A program made the translations under genes and the position numbers. The notes beneath the pieces were generated by a model that was given only the letters and a program-made list of their open reading frames with translations, had not been told where the DNA came from and made no database searches. A stretch of 63,249 nucleotides of DNA, counting the filler, from Octopus bimaculoides (lineage: Eukaryota): assembly GCF_001194135.2 (NCBI RefSeq). It is 9 parts of 9 records of this genome, joined end to end, with 100 filler letters (N's around TTAATTAATTAA, not from the genome) between each part and the next. Parts side by side here need not be neighbours in the genome. Positions count along the whole stretch, not along the records: positions 14,086 to 42,151 come from NC_068990.1; 8 more parts are not named here. One strand, written 5' to 3'. Of this stretch, positions 23,577-36,129 are shown one piece after another; position 1 is the stretch's first letter, and each line of letters opens with the position of its first letter.

Positions 23577-25600
23577 TGATGATGATTTCTTTATTAACCA
23601 CAAGGGTTTACATTAAGAAAAACATTATAAGCAGTACAGGACAAACACAAAGAATGTATATGTGTATGTGTGTGAGTTTGTATTGAGAGGGATTTGCGTA
23701 TAAACAAGACCAACAAAATTAAAAAATCAACAATGTGTGATCCCCAATAGAGAGAAGATGTTCGAGGGCTGTTCATGGAAAAATCCCATATAAATAACCA
23801 TGGGTACCCTGACTTTTGGAGCAGGTGCCTTTTTTCCTTTCCTTTTTTTCCAACCACAGGCGTATGCTCAGGGCAGGCCTGTTCATCCGTACCATTCTCG
23901 CCACTTTCATCCACCTTTCAGCAAACTGGCTAGAAGGCAACACTTCCCTCTCTACCCTTATTTTCTTTTTCAAGTGAAACTTGAAGTTCATCAGGGATTG
24001 GCTAAAGAGAAAAGTGTTTGTCTTCAGCCCCTTCAATCTCGTTCACCATACAACCTCTTTCGCATGGCCACCAGGCATATTANNNNNNNNNNNNNNNNNN
24101 NNNNNNNNNNNNNNNNNNNNNNNNNNNNNNNNNNNNNNNNNNNNNNNNNNNNNNNNNNNNNNNNNNNNNNNNNNNNNNNNNNNNNNNNNNNNNNNNNNNN
24201 NNNNNNNNNNNNNNNNNNNNNNNNNNNNNNNNNNNNNNNNNNNNNNNNNNNNNNNNNNNNNNNNNNNNNNNNNNNNNNNNNNNNNNNNNNNNNNNNNNNN
24301 NNNNNNNNNNNNNNNNNNNNNNNNNNNNNNNNNNNNNNNNNNNNNNNNNNNNNNNNNNNNNNNNNNNNNNNNNNNNNNNNNNNNNNNNNNNNNNNNNNNN
24401 NNNNNNNNNNNNNNNNNNNNNNNNNNNNNNNNNNNNNNNNNNNNNNNNNNNNNNNNNNNNNNNNNNNNNNNNNNNNNNNNNNNNNNNNNNNNNNNNNNNN
24501 NNNNNNNNNNNNNNNNNNNNNNNNNNNNNNNNNNNNNNNNTGGACGCTCCACCTATCGCAGTATCCGATTGGCTGAGCGCTGTGATCGCTTGAAGACGTT
24601 CCACTTTTCAAATGCTCCCTCTCGGTCTCTGTTTTACCAGGACTGCAGCTCTGTTAAAGGAACTAGCTGCAGAAATACGTGTCTGGCGAACAACAATCAC
24701 ACCTGTTCACTGTCAAGGAAGCACTGGAGATGTCGTAGCCTCAGGACAAGGCACAACGGTCAAGCGATAGTAGATGACGGACACGATATACGCGTTAGCT
24801 ACCTCTGCCCGACCTTTCAGGGATAGCTTTCTCTCGGCCCATTTCTGGGCGAGAGTAGTCACCCTGCTCGTTACCTCGTCCCAGTTTATGTCCATCTGGA
24901 GGTTCGGACCGAACCAGATCCCGAGTAATTTAACCGGTCCGTCCTGCGCCCAATGACGCAGTTGGACGGTATGGACTTGCTTCTCCGCAAGCCCACTGAT
25001 TTTTCCTGGTTAATCGTCGCTCCTGAAATCGCCTCGTAGTCCCTGAGACCGGTGCCAATCATTTCTATGTGTTTATGAACCGACACCACTACTGTGACGA
25101 CGTCAGCATATACCTTCACGCATCTCCCACATCTTTGGTCATGTGGGATGTCTCTCAACGCCTCCAGTTTGTGTAGTAGTGGTTCAAGAGTCAGTACACA
25201 CAAGAAAGACGAGAGGGGGAAAATTTGCCGGACCGAGTGTATGATGTTGAACGGCTCTGAGAGGTGACCGTTCACTCTGACCATTGAACAGATGTCACTA
25301 TGCATTGCAGCGATCCAGGCTCTGAATAGCCTCATAGCTAACACCTTGGCTAAAATTTTGAACTCTGCATTCAGCAGTTATGGGCCTAAAGCTGTCAATA
25401 CAATCCCTCTTGTTCGGGTCTTTCCTCATCAACACCACCGCTCCTCTGCTCACAAAACTGGGAATTCTCCTATTCTGTTGCCATTTGCAGTAAACGTTTG
25501 CTAAGAGGTCGGCGAATAAGTCTGGCAAGTAAACGTAAAGCTCGAAGGGCAGACCACCTAAACCAGACGATTTGCCTCTCGTGCAGCTTGCCATTGCCTT
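23577..25600 (-). mobile_element. Tx1/L1-clade LINE, RT to 3' end, decayed
   Basis: RGAVVLMRKDPNK..SFRPIT, FPLSSFLCVLTLEPLL, VKVYADV, WAERKLSLKGRAEVANAYI, KKKIRVEREVL...ERWMKVARM; 3' end AATAAAGAAATCATCATC. Confidence 0.9.
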
Positions 25601-25644
25601 CCGTATTTCAAAGGTTGCTATAATGATAATTTTTTTTATGGTTG

Positions 25645-26696
25645 GAGGAGATCGGAATAGACTGTCCTGTAGATCTTCTATATAAAGTTTGCCTCTAAGG
25701 AACAGGAAAGATTATTAGGAGGGTCCTAAGCGCTTGAAAGACTGTTGAAAGCTTGTGGATACATAAGATTACGGGTAAGTAAGCTGCTACACACATACAC
25801 GGGTAAATAACCCACTACCCAGAACACTTGAACTCTGCTGTGCATGCACACTAAGTTTTAACGTTCTAGCTCACTTCTGCTGTTTACAGCAGTGCTTGAA
25901 AGGAAAGTGTGTAGCGTGTGATCGTTGCATTGACCATGACAGAGAAAGTTGTCATGGCGATACCTGCTCAGAGGCCTACGTAAGATTGCAGAAAGTGTAT
26001 GGAGAGGAGTGTATGAGCCGCACACATGTGTACGAGTGGTTCAGACGTTTCCAAGATGGCTGAATAAATGTCGATATTGACGAACATTCTAGGAGATTCA
26101 CAACCAGCAGAACTGAGCAAAACATCACAGATGTGCATGCAGCCGTGAGGGGAAATCATTGAATCACCATCCGTGATTTATCAGAAGATGTGCAGATTAG
26201 TTACAGTTCAGTTCAGTTCAGTCCATTATCGCTGAAAATTTGGGTATGAGGCGCGTGTCTGTCATGTTTGTGCCAAAACTGCTTTCAGCTAACCAGAAAG
26301 AGACTCGGGTTTCAGTTGCACAACTGATTGTGTCGAGAACGCTGAAAACTTTTTGAAAACTTTGTGCAAGCCTCTGAGCAGGTATCGTCAAGCTTTTGGC
26401 AAAATTTGATGCTGATTCTCTGCTCAACTTTATCTGTCATGGTCAATGCAACGATTACACGCTACACACGTTCCTTCCAAGCACTGCTGTAAACAGTGAA
26501 AGTGAGCTAGAACGTTAAAACTTAGTGCGCATGCACAACAGAGTATAAGGTCAATCTGTGCCAAGCGGCTTTACTGTGCGTGCTTTAGCTTCGTTACTAT
26601 GGCAATAGTCCGGATACTTATTGATCAGGCCACGTATGTAAATTCAATCAGGAGCAAGGGTGAACTTGAGTCAAATCATCAATAATGATGATGATG

Positions 26697-26765
<69 letters not shown>
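25645..26765 (+). mobile_element. R4/Dong-clade LINE 3' end, split by a mariner-derived insert, ending in (GAT)(TAA)n
   Basis: 25645-25830 matches 27740-27865 and 50830-50950; the continuation ATCAGGAGCAAGGGTGAACTTGAGTCAAA (26647) matches 50958-50987. Confidence 0.75.
25832..26636. mobile_element. Mariner-derived fold-back element made of two opposed 5' ends
   Basis: 25832-25975 is inversely repeated at 26370-26544. Plus strand encodes LQKVYGEECMSRTHVYEWFRRFQDG...NLGMRRVSVMFVPKLL; minus strand starts TACGTGGCCTGATCAATAAGTATCCGGAC and encodes MTDKVEQRISIKFC. Confidence 0.88.
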
Positions 26766-26767
<2 letters not shown>

Positions 26768-26879
26768 GATAGCATGGTACCGCAAGCTGCAGGCAGCAAG
26801 CCCACTACGCATGCAAAACTAAGAGTCCCAACAAAACCGGAGATAAAAATAAATAAAAAAATAAATAAATAAATAAATC

Positions 26880-26931
<52 letters not shown>

Positions 26932-26954
26932 CAACAACAACAACAACAATAGCA

Positions 26955-27350
26955 GCAATAAAGATCTCATTTATTTGCTACAAGGGCGAAGGATGAGGGG
27001 GACTATACAAAGACAGACGTAAAATATTGGTGTTTACATATAATGAGATGATAATTAAAAAAGTTAAGTATACACGGTATACACTGGAAAAGAAGGAACA
27101 TATGCATAGCATACAAAGGTTTTAAAAAAAGGTGGCAGGGAGGATGATAGAGATGTAACCCTCCTGATACAGCTCAAGATCAAGCGTTAAAACAAATAAC
27201 TTGAGAAAATATGTGTATGGGGAGAAGGTGTCAGCAAAATGTAGTCTGTAAAATTTGGAATGTGGCACATATTGTTGCAGAATGTTCTAAGTTGGCAGAG
27301 GGAGAAGGTAAGAAATGACCAAGTCGTGAAAGCTTTGCTCTGGAAACCTT
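26955..27350 (-). mobile_element. Tx1/L1-clade LINE 3' end fragment
   Basis: Matches 42440-42660 (TTTATTTGCCACAAG..GAAGGATGAGGGGG..ATACACGGTATACACTG). Confidence 0.8.
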
Positions 27351-27369
27351 GTCAGAAATGGAGATTTGA

Positions 27370-27870
27370 AGCTGGAGGTACATGATATGATCATCGGATC
27401 GAAAGAGTGCTGGAGTCGGAGAAATGCAAAAATTTATGGGATTTTCCTATTCAAATGGATAAGAAGCTAGAAAATAATAGACCAGACATAACAACAGTAA
27501 GGGTTAGGGTTAGGGTTAGGGTTCATCATCCAAGTTGCTTACTAGTTGATTCATCATGTCCGTTTGAGTCCGGGATAGTAAAAAAAGATGAAAAACAAAA
27601 CATAAAATGCATACATATAATCCTTTCAACATTTGAAATTGCAAGAACTTGGAGTATGAAAACTGTAAAGGTTGTGCCTGTAATAATTGGTGCATTGGGA
27701 ACTGATAGTATAGATGTAGAGAAATGGTTGAAGGAGATTAGAATTGAATGTACTGTAGAGCTTCTACAGAAAGTTTGCCTCTTAGGGGCAGGAAAGATTA
27801 TCAGGAGGGTCTTAGGCATTTGAAAGACTGTTGAAAGCTTGTAGATACTTAAGGTTACAGGTAAGTAGTG
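27370..27870 (+). mobile_element. R4/Dong-clade LINE, restriction-like endonuclease C-terminus (ORF 27407-27823)
   Basis: LWDFPIQMDKKLENNRPDI..D..CP...VVPVIIGALGT...LLQKVCLLGAGKIIRRVL, the PD-(D/E)xK RLE signature. Confidence 0.92.
27500..27523 (+). repeat. Interstitial telomeric-type repeat (AGGGTT)4
   Basis: AGGGTTAGGGTTAGGGTTAGGGTT inside the Dong ORF. Confidence 0.95.
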
Positions 27871-28179
27871 TCTGTGGTGGTGGTGATGTTGATGATGATG
27901 ATGGTGGTGGTAGTGATAACGGTGGTGGTGGTGATAGCGATGATATTTGTGCTGTTGCTGCTGTAGGTGTTGTTGCATCGTTGCTCAAAAGCATCTTGTT
28001 CATTCGTTCGAATCAACCAGTTCTTTTTTGCTAGCATGGCATGAAATTTTTTTTATTCCATTGTCTTTCTTTCTAACGGGATCTTTTTGCCAATAAGTAT
28101 ATCTCTCATCACACAACTTATCTAAGTGATCCGAGGCAGGGAGATTTATATTTTTCGAGGGTTTGTGGTTTTATTCTTT

Positions 28180-29140
28180 TGTTCTTTTTGTTGATGTTTT
28201 GGGGGCTTTCTGTTACCGTTATTGTCGATGATTTCGGTGACGTGGAGCTCTTGAATGCAGCACTTCTTTTGTTATTTTTGTTACTGTTACTTTCACTGTT
28301 GATGTTTTTGTTGCTTTTGTATGTTCTGCTTACATTCTGTTTCCATTTGCATTTCGTACTGCAATCGCTATTGTTGTGGTTGCACGCGAGTGCACATTGT
28401 TGCTGGTGTTACTTTTGCTGGTGGTGCTGTAGTTGCTGCTGCTATCATCACTGTTAATGTTGTGTTGTTGACAGAAGTACAGTCCTTTTATCCGTCATGT
28501 TCTGTTGATGCAGGAGGTAGAAATCATTGAAGTGATTGGTGTTTCCACAATTGTGGAAGCTAAGTTTTCTACCCTCCATTACCACGTGTAGTGTTGTCCT
28601 CAACGGATCCCTATTAGTTTGGGTATTCTGTCCAGTGTTTCAAAATCTCAACACAATTTTTCTTTCGGAATCTTTTTATCTCTAACAATGTGCTAGGGTC
28701 CTCCAATGCAATATATTTCACTATCCTCCAGGAGCCTTGATCACTCTCCGTCCCATGTAAATTGGTATCAGTATAAATTGTTCACTTCTACACGGGACGG
28801 TTGAATATGTTTTGGACAGGATTTTCGAGAGAAAAGTCACTTGTATGCAACCGAATCGGTTGGCACTTGTTATGTTGTTATGAATTCTGTGTCCCACCAG
28901 ATACTTTTCAAATAGAGTTCAGCCTGCTCTGGGGATATTCGCTCCGGTTTAATGTCTTTTCAATGATATGCATTTTCTTACTATTGTTTTACGTTTTGTT
29001 TAGTCCAAGAGCTGCTGTAGTATCTTGTCCAGCTGGACCAAATCGACATTCCAGTGGCTCTACCAAATCGCCGTCAAAAGAATGTAGTGGCGGTCTCCTG
29101 TTCCGAACAACAACAAAGACTTCACTAAAATACTAGAAAT
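28180..29140 (-). mobile_element. Probable LINE ORF1 (gag-like) remnant with degenerate zinc knuckle and low-complexity tail
   Basis: Minus-strand VVMEGRKLSFHNCGNTNHF resembles a CCHC knuckle; multiple stops. Confidence 0.45.
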
Positions 29141-29169
29141 CGAAGTTGTATCTGATTTAATGTTTCAAT

Positions 29170-29330
29170 GTTACAGAGTTGCTTGACAGACGACTAAAGA
29201 GAAACAACACACTAGTGACGTAGGGAATGAGAAAATGCAATATCGATATAGCTGCTATCAGTGAGATCAGATTGCTAGAATATGAAAATATTCATTGATA
29301 TAAGGTATACATTTTTGGGAGATGGGAATC
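29170..29330 (+). mobile_element. RTE LINE endonuclease 5' fragment
   Basis: KCNIDIAAISEIRL, similar to YDMNIVALAETRI at 38850. Confidence 0.65.
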
Positions 29331-29571
29331 TATCTAGATTATTTCAAGAATTGCCTCAAGAGGTGATGATTTCAAGAAATCGGGAATCAGTTTAATAAAA
29401 CAATTGCAGCGTGAAAGATGCATAGTAATCATTCAAAAGCTCACAAAGACTATTAACTTCTCTCAAATGTCGAAGTGAAGTTAACAATTTTCGTATGTTT
29501 TTCAATGGTTGATATGTGTTTTTCACATTGCAGCTATTTTAGTTTCAATACATGGTCTCAGATCAAACTTT

Positions 29572-30104
29572 CAGGAGTGACTGTGTGGTAAGTAGCTTGC
29601 TTACCAACCACATGGTCACGGGTTCAGTCCCACTGCGTGACACCTTGGGCAAGTGTCTTCTACTATAGCCTCGGGCCTTGTGAGTGGATTTGGTAGACGG
29701 AAACTGGAAGAAGCCCGTCGTATATGTATATATATATATATATATATATNNNNNNNNNNNNNNNNNNNNNNNNNNNNNNNNNNNNNNNNNNNNNNNNNNN
29801 NNNNNNNNNNNNNNNNNNNNNNNNNNNNNNNNNNNNNNNNNNNNNNNNNNNNNNNNNNNNNNNNNNNNNNNNTATATATATGTATGTGTGTGTTTGTGTG
29901 TCTGTTTGTCCCCCCACCCAGCAATGCTTGACAACCGATGCTGGTGTGTTTACGTCCCCGTAACTTAGCGGTTCGGCAAAAGAACCGATAGAATAAGTAC
30001 TAGGCTTACAAAGAATAAGCTTTGGGGTCGATTTGCTTGACTATAAAGGCAGTGCTCCAGCATGGTCGCAGTCAAATGACTGAAGCAAGTAAAAGAGAGT
30101 AAAT
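29572..30104 (+). mobile_element. CORE-type tRNA SINE, full length with internal (TA)n and gap
   Basis: Head CAGGAGTGACTGTGTGGTAAG..GGTTCAGTCCC; CORE-like CACCTTGGGCAAGTGTCTT; conserved tail. Confidence 0.9.
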
Positions 30105-31527
30105 ACAGAGCAGGAAATTTGGTCTTTGTTGGTAGACAGAGGAGCACAAATGCACAATGTTTCAGTCTTATTGGATTACATCAGTTTAATGTATTCTGCT
30201 TAAGCTTGCTTTGATGAATTGATAGTTTACATGAGAAAAAAGAGGTACAATGATTTTTGCTTACATTAGTAATTTGCTAAAACAAAGAAATAAAGTGAAC
30301 GAAGGGAAATAACTAGAGTAGGCCAAAGGCATAGATGTAAATAATTAAGCTGAAGATGATTGACACATGCAGAAAGTACATGGAGAATGTAAACAAAAAC
30401 CTAGCGGTATCTAATCGTGATCCTCGAAGAAAAGAAGGAATAATTTCAAGAAATTAAAAATGCATTTCACAAGATAACTGTGCATGCTTAAAACATGTTA
30501 CGAATATACACTTCATGGGCGTTGCAATGATTATATATAAAAATACCACAAAATTAAGATCAGAAACTACAGCAGTGTTCGCCCGAACCAGCCAACCAGA
30601 TATGCATTTGCACTTACATGTGAAAGTATTGTTCTGTATGTATATATATGTATGTATGTGTATATATATATANNNNNNNNNNNNNNNNNNNNNNNNNNNN
30701 NNNNNNNNNNNNNNNNNNNNNNNNNNNNNNNNNNNNNNNNNNNNNNNNNNNNNNNNNNNNNNNNNNNNNNNNNNNNNNNNNNNNNNNNNNNNNNNNNNNN
30801 NNNNNNNNNNNNNNNNNNNNNNNNNNNNNNNNNNNNNNNNNNNNNNNNNNNNNNNNNNNNNNNNNNNNNNNNNNNNNNNNNNNNNNNNNNNNNNNNNNNN
30901 NNNNNNNNNNNNNNNNNNNNNNNNNNNNNNNNNNNNNNNNNNNNNNNNNNNNNNNNNNNNNNNNNNNNNNNNNNNNNNNNNNNNNNNNNNNNNNNNNNNN
31001 NNNNNNNNNNNNNNNNNNNNNNNNNNNNNNNNNNNNNNNNNNNNNNNNNNNNNNNNNNNNNNNNNNNNNNNNNNNNNNNNNNNNNNNNNNNNNNNNNNNN
31101 NNNNNNNNNNNNNNNNNNNNNNNNNNNNNNNNNNNNNNNNNNNNNNNNNNNNNNNNNNNNNNNNNNNNNNNNNNNNNNNNNNNNNNNNNNNNNNNNNNNN
31201 NNNNNNNNNNNNNNNNNNNNNNNNNNNNNNNNNNNNNNNNNNNNNNNNNNNNNNNNNNNNNNNNNNNNNNNNNNNNNNNNNNNNNNNNNNNNNNNNNNNN
31301 NNNNNNNNNNNNNNNNNNNNNNNNNNNNNNNNNNNNNNNNNNNNNNNNNNNNNNNNNNNNNNNNNNNNNNNNNNNNNNNNNNNNNNNNNNNNNNNNNNNN
31401 NNNNNNNNNNNNNNNNNNNNNNNNNNNNNNNNNNNNNNNNNNNNNNNNNNNNNNNNNNNNNNNNNNNNNNNNNNNNNNNNNNNNNNNNNNNNNNNNNNNN
31501 NNNNNNNNNNNNNNNNNNNNGTTTAGA

Positions 31528-31744
31528 GGTTTCAAATTTTGTTACAAGGCCAGCAATTTTCGGAGGAAGCTATTAAGTCGATTAATCGACCCCATTGTTC
31601 AATTGGTATTTATTTTATCATGTTCGAAAAGGGTAAAAGGCTAAGTCGACCACATTGGTATTCGAACTCTGAATGTTAAGACGGACGAAATGTTGCTAAG
31701 CATTTTATCCGGCGTGCTAACGATTTTGCCACCTCGTCACCTTC
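31528..31744 (-). mobile_element. Nin-domain SINE, diverged
   Basis: Reverse-complement match to family head and body. Confidence 0.8.
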
Positions 31745-31912
31745 GCGCGCGCACAAGCACGCACACACACACACACACACACACACATGTATAATGCCAA
31801 CTATTATTATAGGTTGCTGGGACAATAAGAACAATTAAGAAATGTCATCGTGTCGTACATTATTTCTCCAAATAATTTTTTTAATTGAAGTAATTAGTCG
31901 AAAAGTTCGCTG

Positions 31913-31952
<40 letters not shown>

Positions 31953-32107
31953 GGAAACTCATTAGTCTCCACTTAATGATTTTTCGTGAGAAGAAGCGAT
32001 TTTGTTGCTTTATAGTATTAAGTCAATAAGCCAGTAGCACAGTAAGGAAAGGCATGAAAAATGACAATCACTGTGTCCAACTTCCCTTTCCTCTTCAAAC
32101 AACATTT

Positions 32108-32497
32108 TTTTCTTCTTTACTTGCTACAGACTGCAGCCATACTGGGGCACCATCTTGAAGGGTTTAGTCGAACAAATTTATCCCAGTACTTATTTACTTT
32201 TTTAAAGTTTAATACTTATTCTATAAGTCTCTTTTTTTTTTTTACCGAACTGCTAAGTTACAGGAGACGTAGACACAACAGCGCCGGCTGTCAAACGGTG
32301 ATGGTAAGACAAACATAGCACAGGCATAAAGTGATAAGACTGGCTTCTTTCAATTTCCGTTAAGCAAATCCACTGATGAGACTTTGGTCGATTCGAGGCT
32401 TTAGTAAAAGGCATTTGCCCAAAGTGCCGCACAATGGGACTGAACTCAAGGCCACATGGTTGGGAAAGAAGCTTCTTACTCACGGAGCCACATACTC
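32108..32497 (-). mobile_element. CORE-type SINE, diverged
   Basis: GACTGCAGCCATACTGGGGCACC...TTGCCCAAAGTGCC...GGGACTGAACTC. Confidence 0.8.
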
Positions 32498-33265
32498 GTT
32501 TGTTTGCATTATGTTTTCTTTTCTGTTTCTGTTTTTTTTTCCATCATATAAGGGGTAGCGACATTGTTCATCTATTTATCAGTAATAGTGGCCAAATTAC
32601 CTTCATATCCCTTCCTATCATCCTTGAATAAAGACCGGATGGTCACGGGTAGAATGGGTTTCATCATAGGTCGGCACTTGGTCATTTTGCGTTGATTATT
32701 TTAAAAAGCCTTTTTAACATTGGGATCATGAGGCAGTCCGAATTACAAGAAATCAAGAGAATGTAAGAATTTCGTTGCTTGCTAAACGAATAATATACTT
32801 ATCTCTAGTCATCTGTCACACTTTATGTCTTAATTTTTATTCTTAAATTTTTAAGTTAAAAACATTTTCATATGAATTTTTAATTATCTCGGAAGGTCAT
32901 TATACCAATAATAAACATGCACATGCACTGATTGAATTCCACTTCTTTATCAATCGTCAGTTAGTTACTTATTAAACATAACTAATCGATTGTTTGATTA
33001 CTCATTCAGTTAATCAATCAATCAAGTAAGTTTGTCAAAGTCTTTTCGTCGTCCGTTCGCTATTTCCTCAATGACATGCCACCCTGCTTTTGGCTAGCTT
33101 CAGGTCTCTTTGAAAAATGAAGCTGAACTGGATTAGAGAGTGCTCGAACAGGTCTCATTGACACGTGAACTATAACCACTCATATATCGAGAACGACCGA
33201 CACGAACACAGACACGTCGAACATACTCAGAAAGAGAGGTAGACGGAAGAACGGACGCACGGACA

Positions 33266-33293
33266 GATAGATAGATAGATAGATAAATAGACT

Positions 33294-33344
<51 letters not shown>

Positions 33345-33473
33345 GAAGAATCACTCTAGGGAGAAAATTTTAAGGCTTACAAAAGTTGTCTCCCATGCAT
33401 TATAGCTAACACGTTAACAAGAGTGACTACATGGTTGCTAGCATCTAAATCTGTCTGTCTGTCTGTCTGTCTA

Positions 33474-33520
<47 letters not shown>
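33266..33520. repeat. (GATA)n, (TCTG)n and (CT)n microsatellites
   Basis: Direct reading. Confidence 0.9.
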
Positions 33521-33544
33521 ATGCTGCAATGGAGAGGAAGCTGG

Positions 33545-33727
33545 CTGCAGACACGCGTACCCTTAACGTAGATCCCGAGGAGACAGAATTTGACAAGCTA
33601 GTGCCAGCTGAGTGGACTGGAGCAACATGAAATAAAGTGTCTTGCTCAAGGACCCAGCGCACTGCCGGGAATCGAACTCGTAACCTTATAATTGTGAGCT
33701 GAGTAACCTAACCACTAAGCCACGCAC

Positions 33728-33730
<3 letters not shown>
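33545..33730 (-). mobile_element. tRNA-derived CORE-type SINE (family of 49845-50184)
   Basis: Reverse complement GTGGCTTAGTGGTTAGG..GAGTTCGATTCCCGG..TCCTTGAGCAAGACACTTTATTTCATGTTGCTCCAG. Confidence 0.82.
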
Positions 33731-33767
<37 letters not shown>

Positions 33768-35094
33768 TCTGTTTGAACATGTCTTTATAATGCTTAGATG
33801 TTTGTGCGCGCACGAACGTGCGTACATAATTACTTTTTACATATATGTCCTTGTAGATGTACGCAACAAAGTGTGTGCATACATGCATATATTCATTTAA
33901 AGAATCTCAAGTGGACAGTCTTTGGAATGTCCTACAAATGTTTAATGTGCCGGTTATAGATTGGATCTGGAAGATGCGCGTCACCCTCCCTTGCTTTTTC
34001 TTCGAAAAGCCCAGCATTTCTAGGCTTTTTTCCAAATCCGTAGTTACGTAAACTAATGCACCTACGATGATAAGTACAAATAAGAGTTTATAACATGTAT
34101 GTATGTATGTATGTATGTATGTATGCATTATGTATGTATGTTATCAATCAGTTTCATTTCTGTATTTCTTGTCCATAGAGAAAGAGCCGGACTCTAACAT
34201 AGATTCAAGGCTCCTTCATTGGAACTTTTATCAACATCATCTAGGTATTTGTCCATATGTGTGTGTGTGTGCAGTATTTGGTGTTAGTGTATGCGCAGAT
34301 TTGTATGTTTGTTTTATGGATGCGTTTTTATGTCTAGATGCATGCATATGTATTTATGTGCTAAATTTTTGGAAAGTTTTACATTGTATGTATGTATGTA
34401 TGCTTTCACTTATTTTTTATTTACTTATATTCTTTCTAGAAAGAGAAACCAGGTTATTAACCAAGAAAAATAAAACTCCATTACTGGTATTTTGATGTTG
34501 ATTATTACATGCGAAAATTTAAAAATGTATTGCAAATTTTTACTGTTTCATTTACAGATTATAAATGTAAAACTCCTCGTCAGCTAGTCTCTTTCATTAT
34601 CTATGTATGTATCTTAGACGATTACGGTCACTCACGCTTAAGCGTGCACACACACACACACACACGCGCGCAACTATCTCCAAATAATCTTTCTAGTGAT
34701 TTTTCCTTTCTCTACAAACAAAAATAAGTTTTCCCCGTCAAATTAATCTCAAGAAATTAATCTTTGACTAGCGTAATTCGTACAAATTTCCTGTCTTGTA
34801 AAGTTATAGATCTCCATGATATTGTTTCATCTTGTTTCCCATTGATTTCGTTCCATAGTTAAGGATGTTTAGAGCATAACACTCGAACTTGTGTTAGAGA
34901 CCAACGGTATTTTGTTATGCCGCTTTACATTCTGCGTTCAAATCCAACCGGAGTTTATCTTCGCTTATCTTCGCATCAACCACCATGTGTTGTTTACTCT
35001 AAAGCTGGTTGAATAAGTCCTTCTTGTACCTAATTAATCACATGCATTTTTTTTTTTAATAAGAATATAGCATTTTCTAATTTGGACAATTTTG

Positions 35095-35200
35095 AAAGGA
35101 GAGGCTAGTCGATATCATCGATCCCGAAAGAAGGAAAGGCAAGGTCGATCCTGGTGGAATTTGAAATCAGAATGTAAAGAGCCGGAACATCGACAAATGG
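35095..35200 (-). mobile_element. Nin SINE fragment
   Basis: GAAAGGCAAGGTCGA..GGAATTTGAAATCAGAATGTAAAG. Confidence 0.7.
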
Positions 35201-36129
35201 AAGGATTGAACAAAATACCTAGTTGTATTTACTCATGGTTNNNNNNNNNNNNNNNNNNNNNNNNNNNNNNNNNNNNNNNNNNNNNNNNNNNNNNNNNNNN
35301 NNNNNNNNNNNNNNNNNNNNNNNNNNNNNNNNNNNNNNNNNNNNNNNNNNNNNNNNNNNNNNNNNNNNNNNNNNNNNNNNNNNNNNNNNNNNNNNNNNNN
35401 NNNNNNNNNNNNNNNNNNNNNNNNNNNNNNNNNNNNNNNNNNNNNNNNNNNNNNNNNNNNNNNNNNNNNNNNNNNNNNNNNNNNNNNNNNNNNNNNNNNN
35501 NNNNNNNNNNNNNNNNNNNNNNNNNNNNNNNNNNNNNNNNNNNNNNNNNNNNNNNNNNNNNNNNNNNNNNNNNNNNNNNNNNNNNNNNNNNNNNNNNNNN
35601 NNNNNNNNNNNNNNNNNNNNNNNNNNNNNNNNNNNNNNNNNNNNNNNNNNNNNNNNNNNNNNNNNNNNNNNNNNNNNNNNNNNNNNNNNNNNNNNNNNNN
35701 NNNNNNNNNNNNNNNNNNNNNNNNNNNNNNNNNNNNNNNNNNNNNNNNNNNNNNNNNNNNNNNNNNNNNNNNNNNNNNNNNNNNNNNNNNNNNNNNNNNN
35801 NNNNNNNNNNNNNNNNNNNNNNNNNNNNNNNNNNNNNNNNNNNNNNNNNNNNNNNNNNNNNNNNNNNNNNNNNNNNNNNNNNNNNNNNNNNNNNNNNNNN
35901 NNNNNNNNNNNNNNNNNNNNNNNNNNNNNNNNNNNNNNNNNNNNNNNNNNNNNNNNNNNNNNNNNNNNNNNNNNNNNNNNNNNNNNNNNNNNNNNNNNNN
36001 NNNNNNNNNNNNNNNNNNNNNNNNNNNNNNNNNNNNNNNNNNNNNNNNNNNNNNNNNNNNNNNNNNNNNNNNNNNNNNNNNNNNNNNNNNNNNNNNNNNN
36101 NNNNNNNNNNNNNNNNNNNNNNNNNNNNN

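Noticed and set aside
14117-27870. Idea that co-located transposase, RT and endonuclease fragments form one composite system
   Set aside because: They belong to unrelated families with different orientations and decay levels; ordinary nested insertion explains them.
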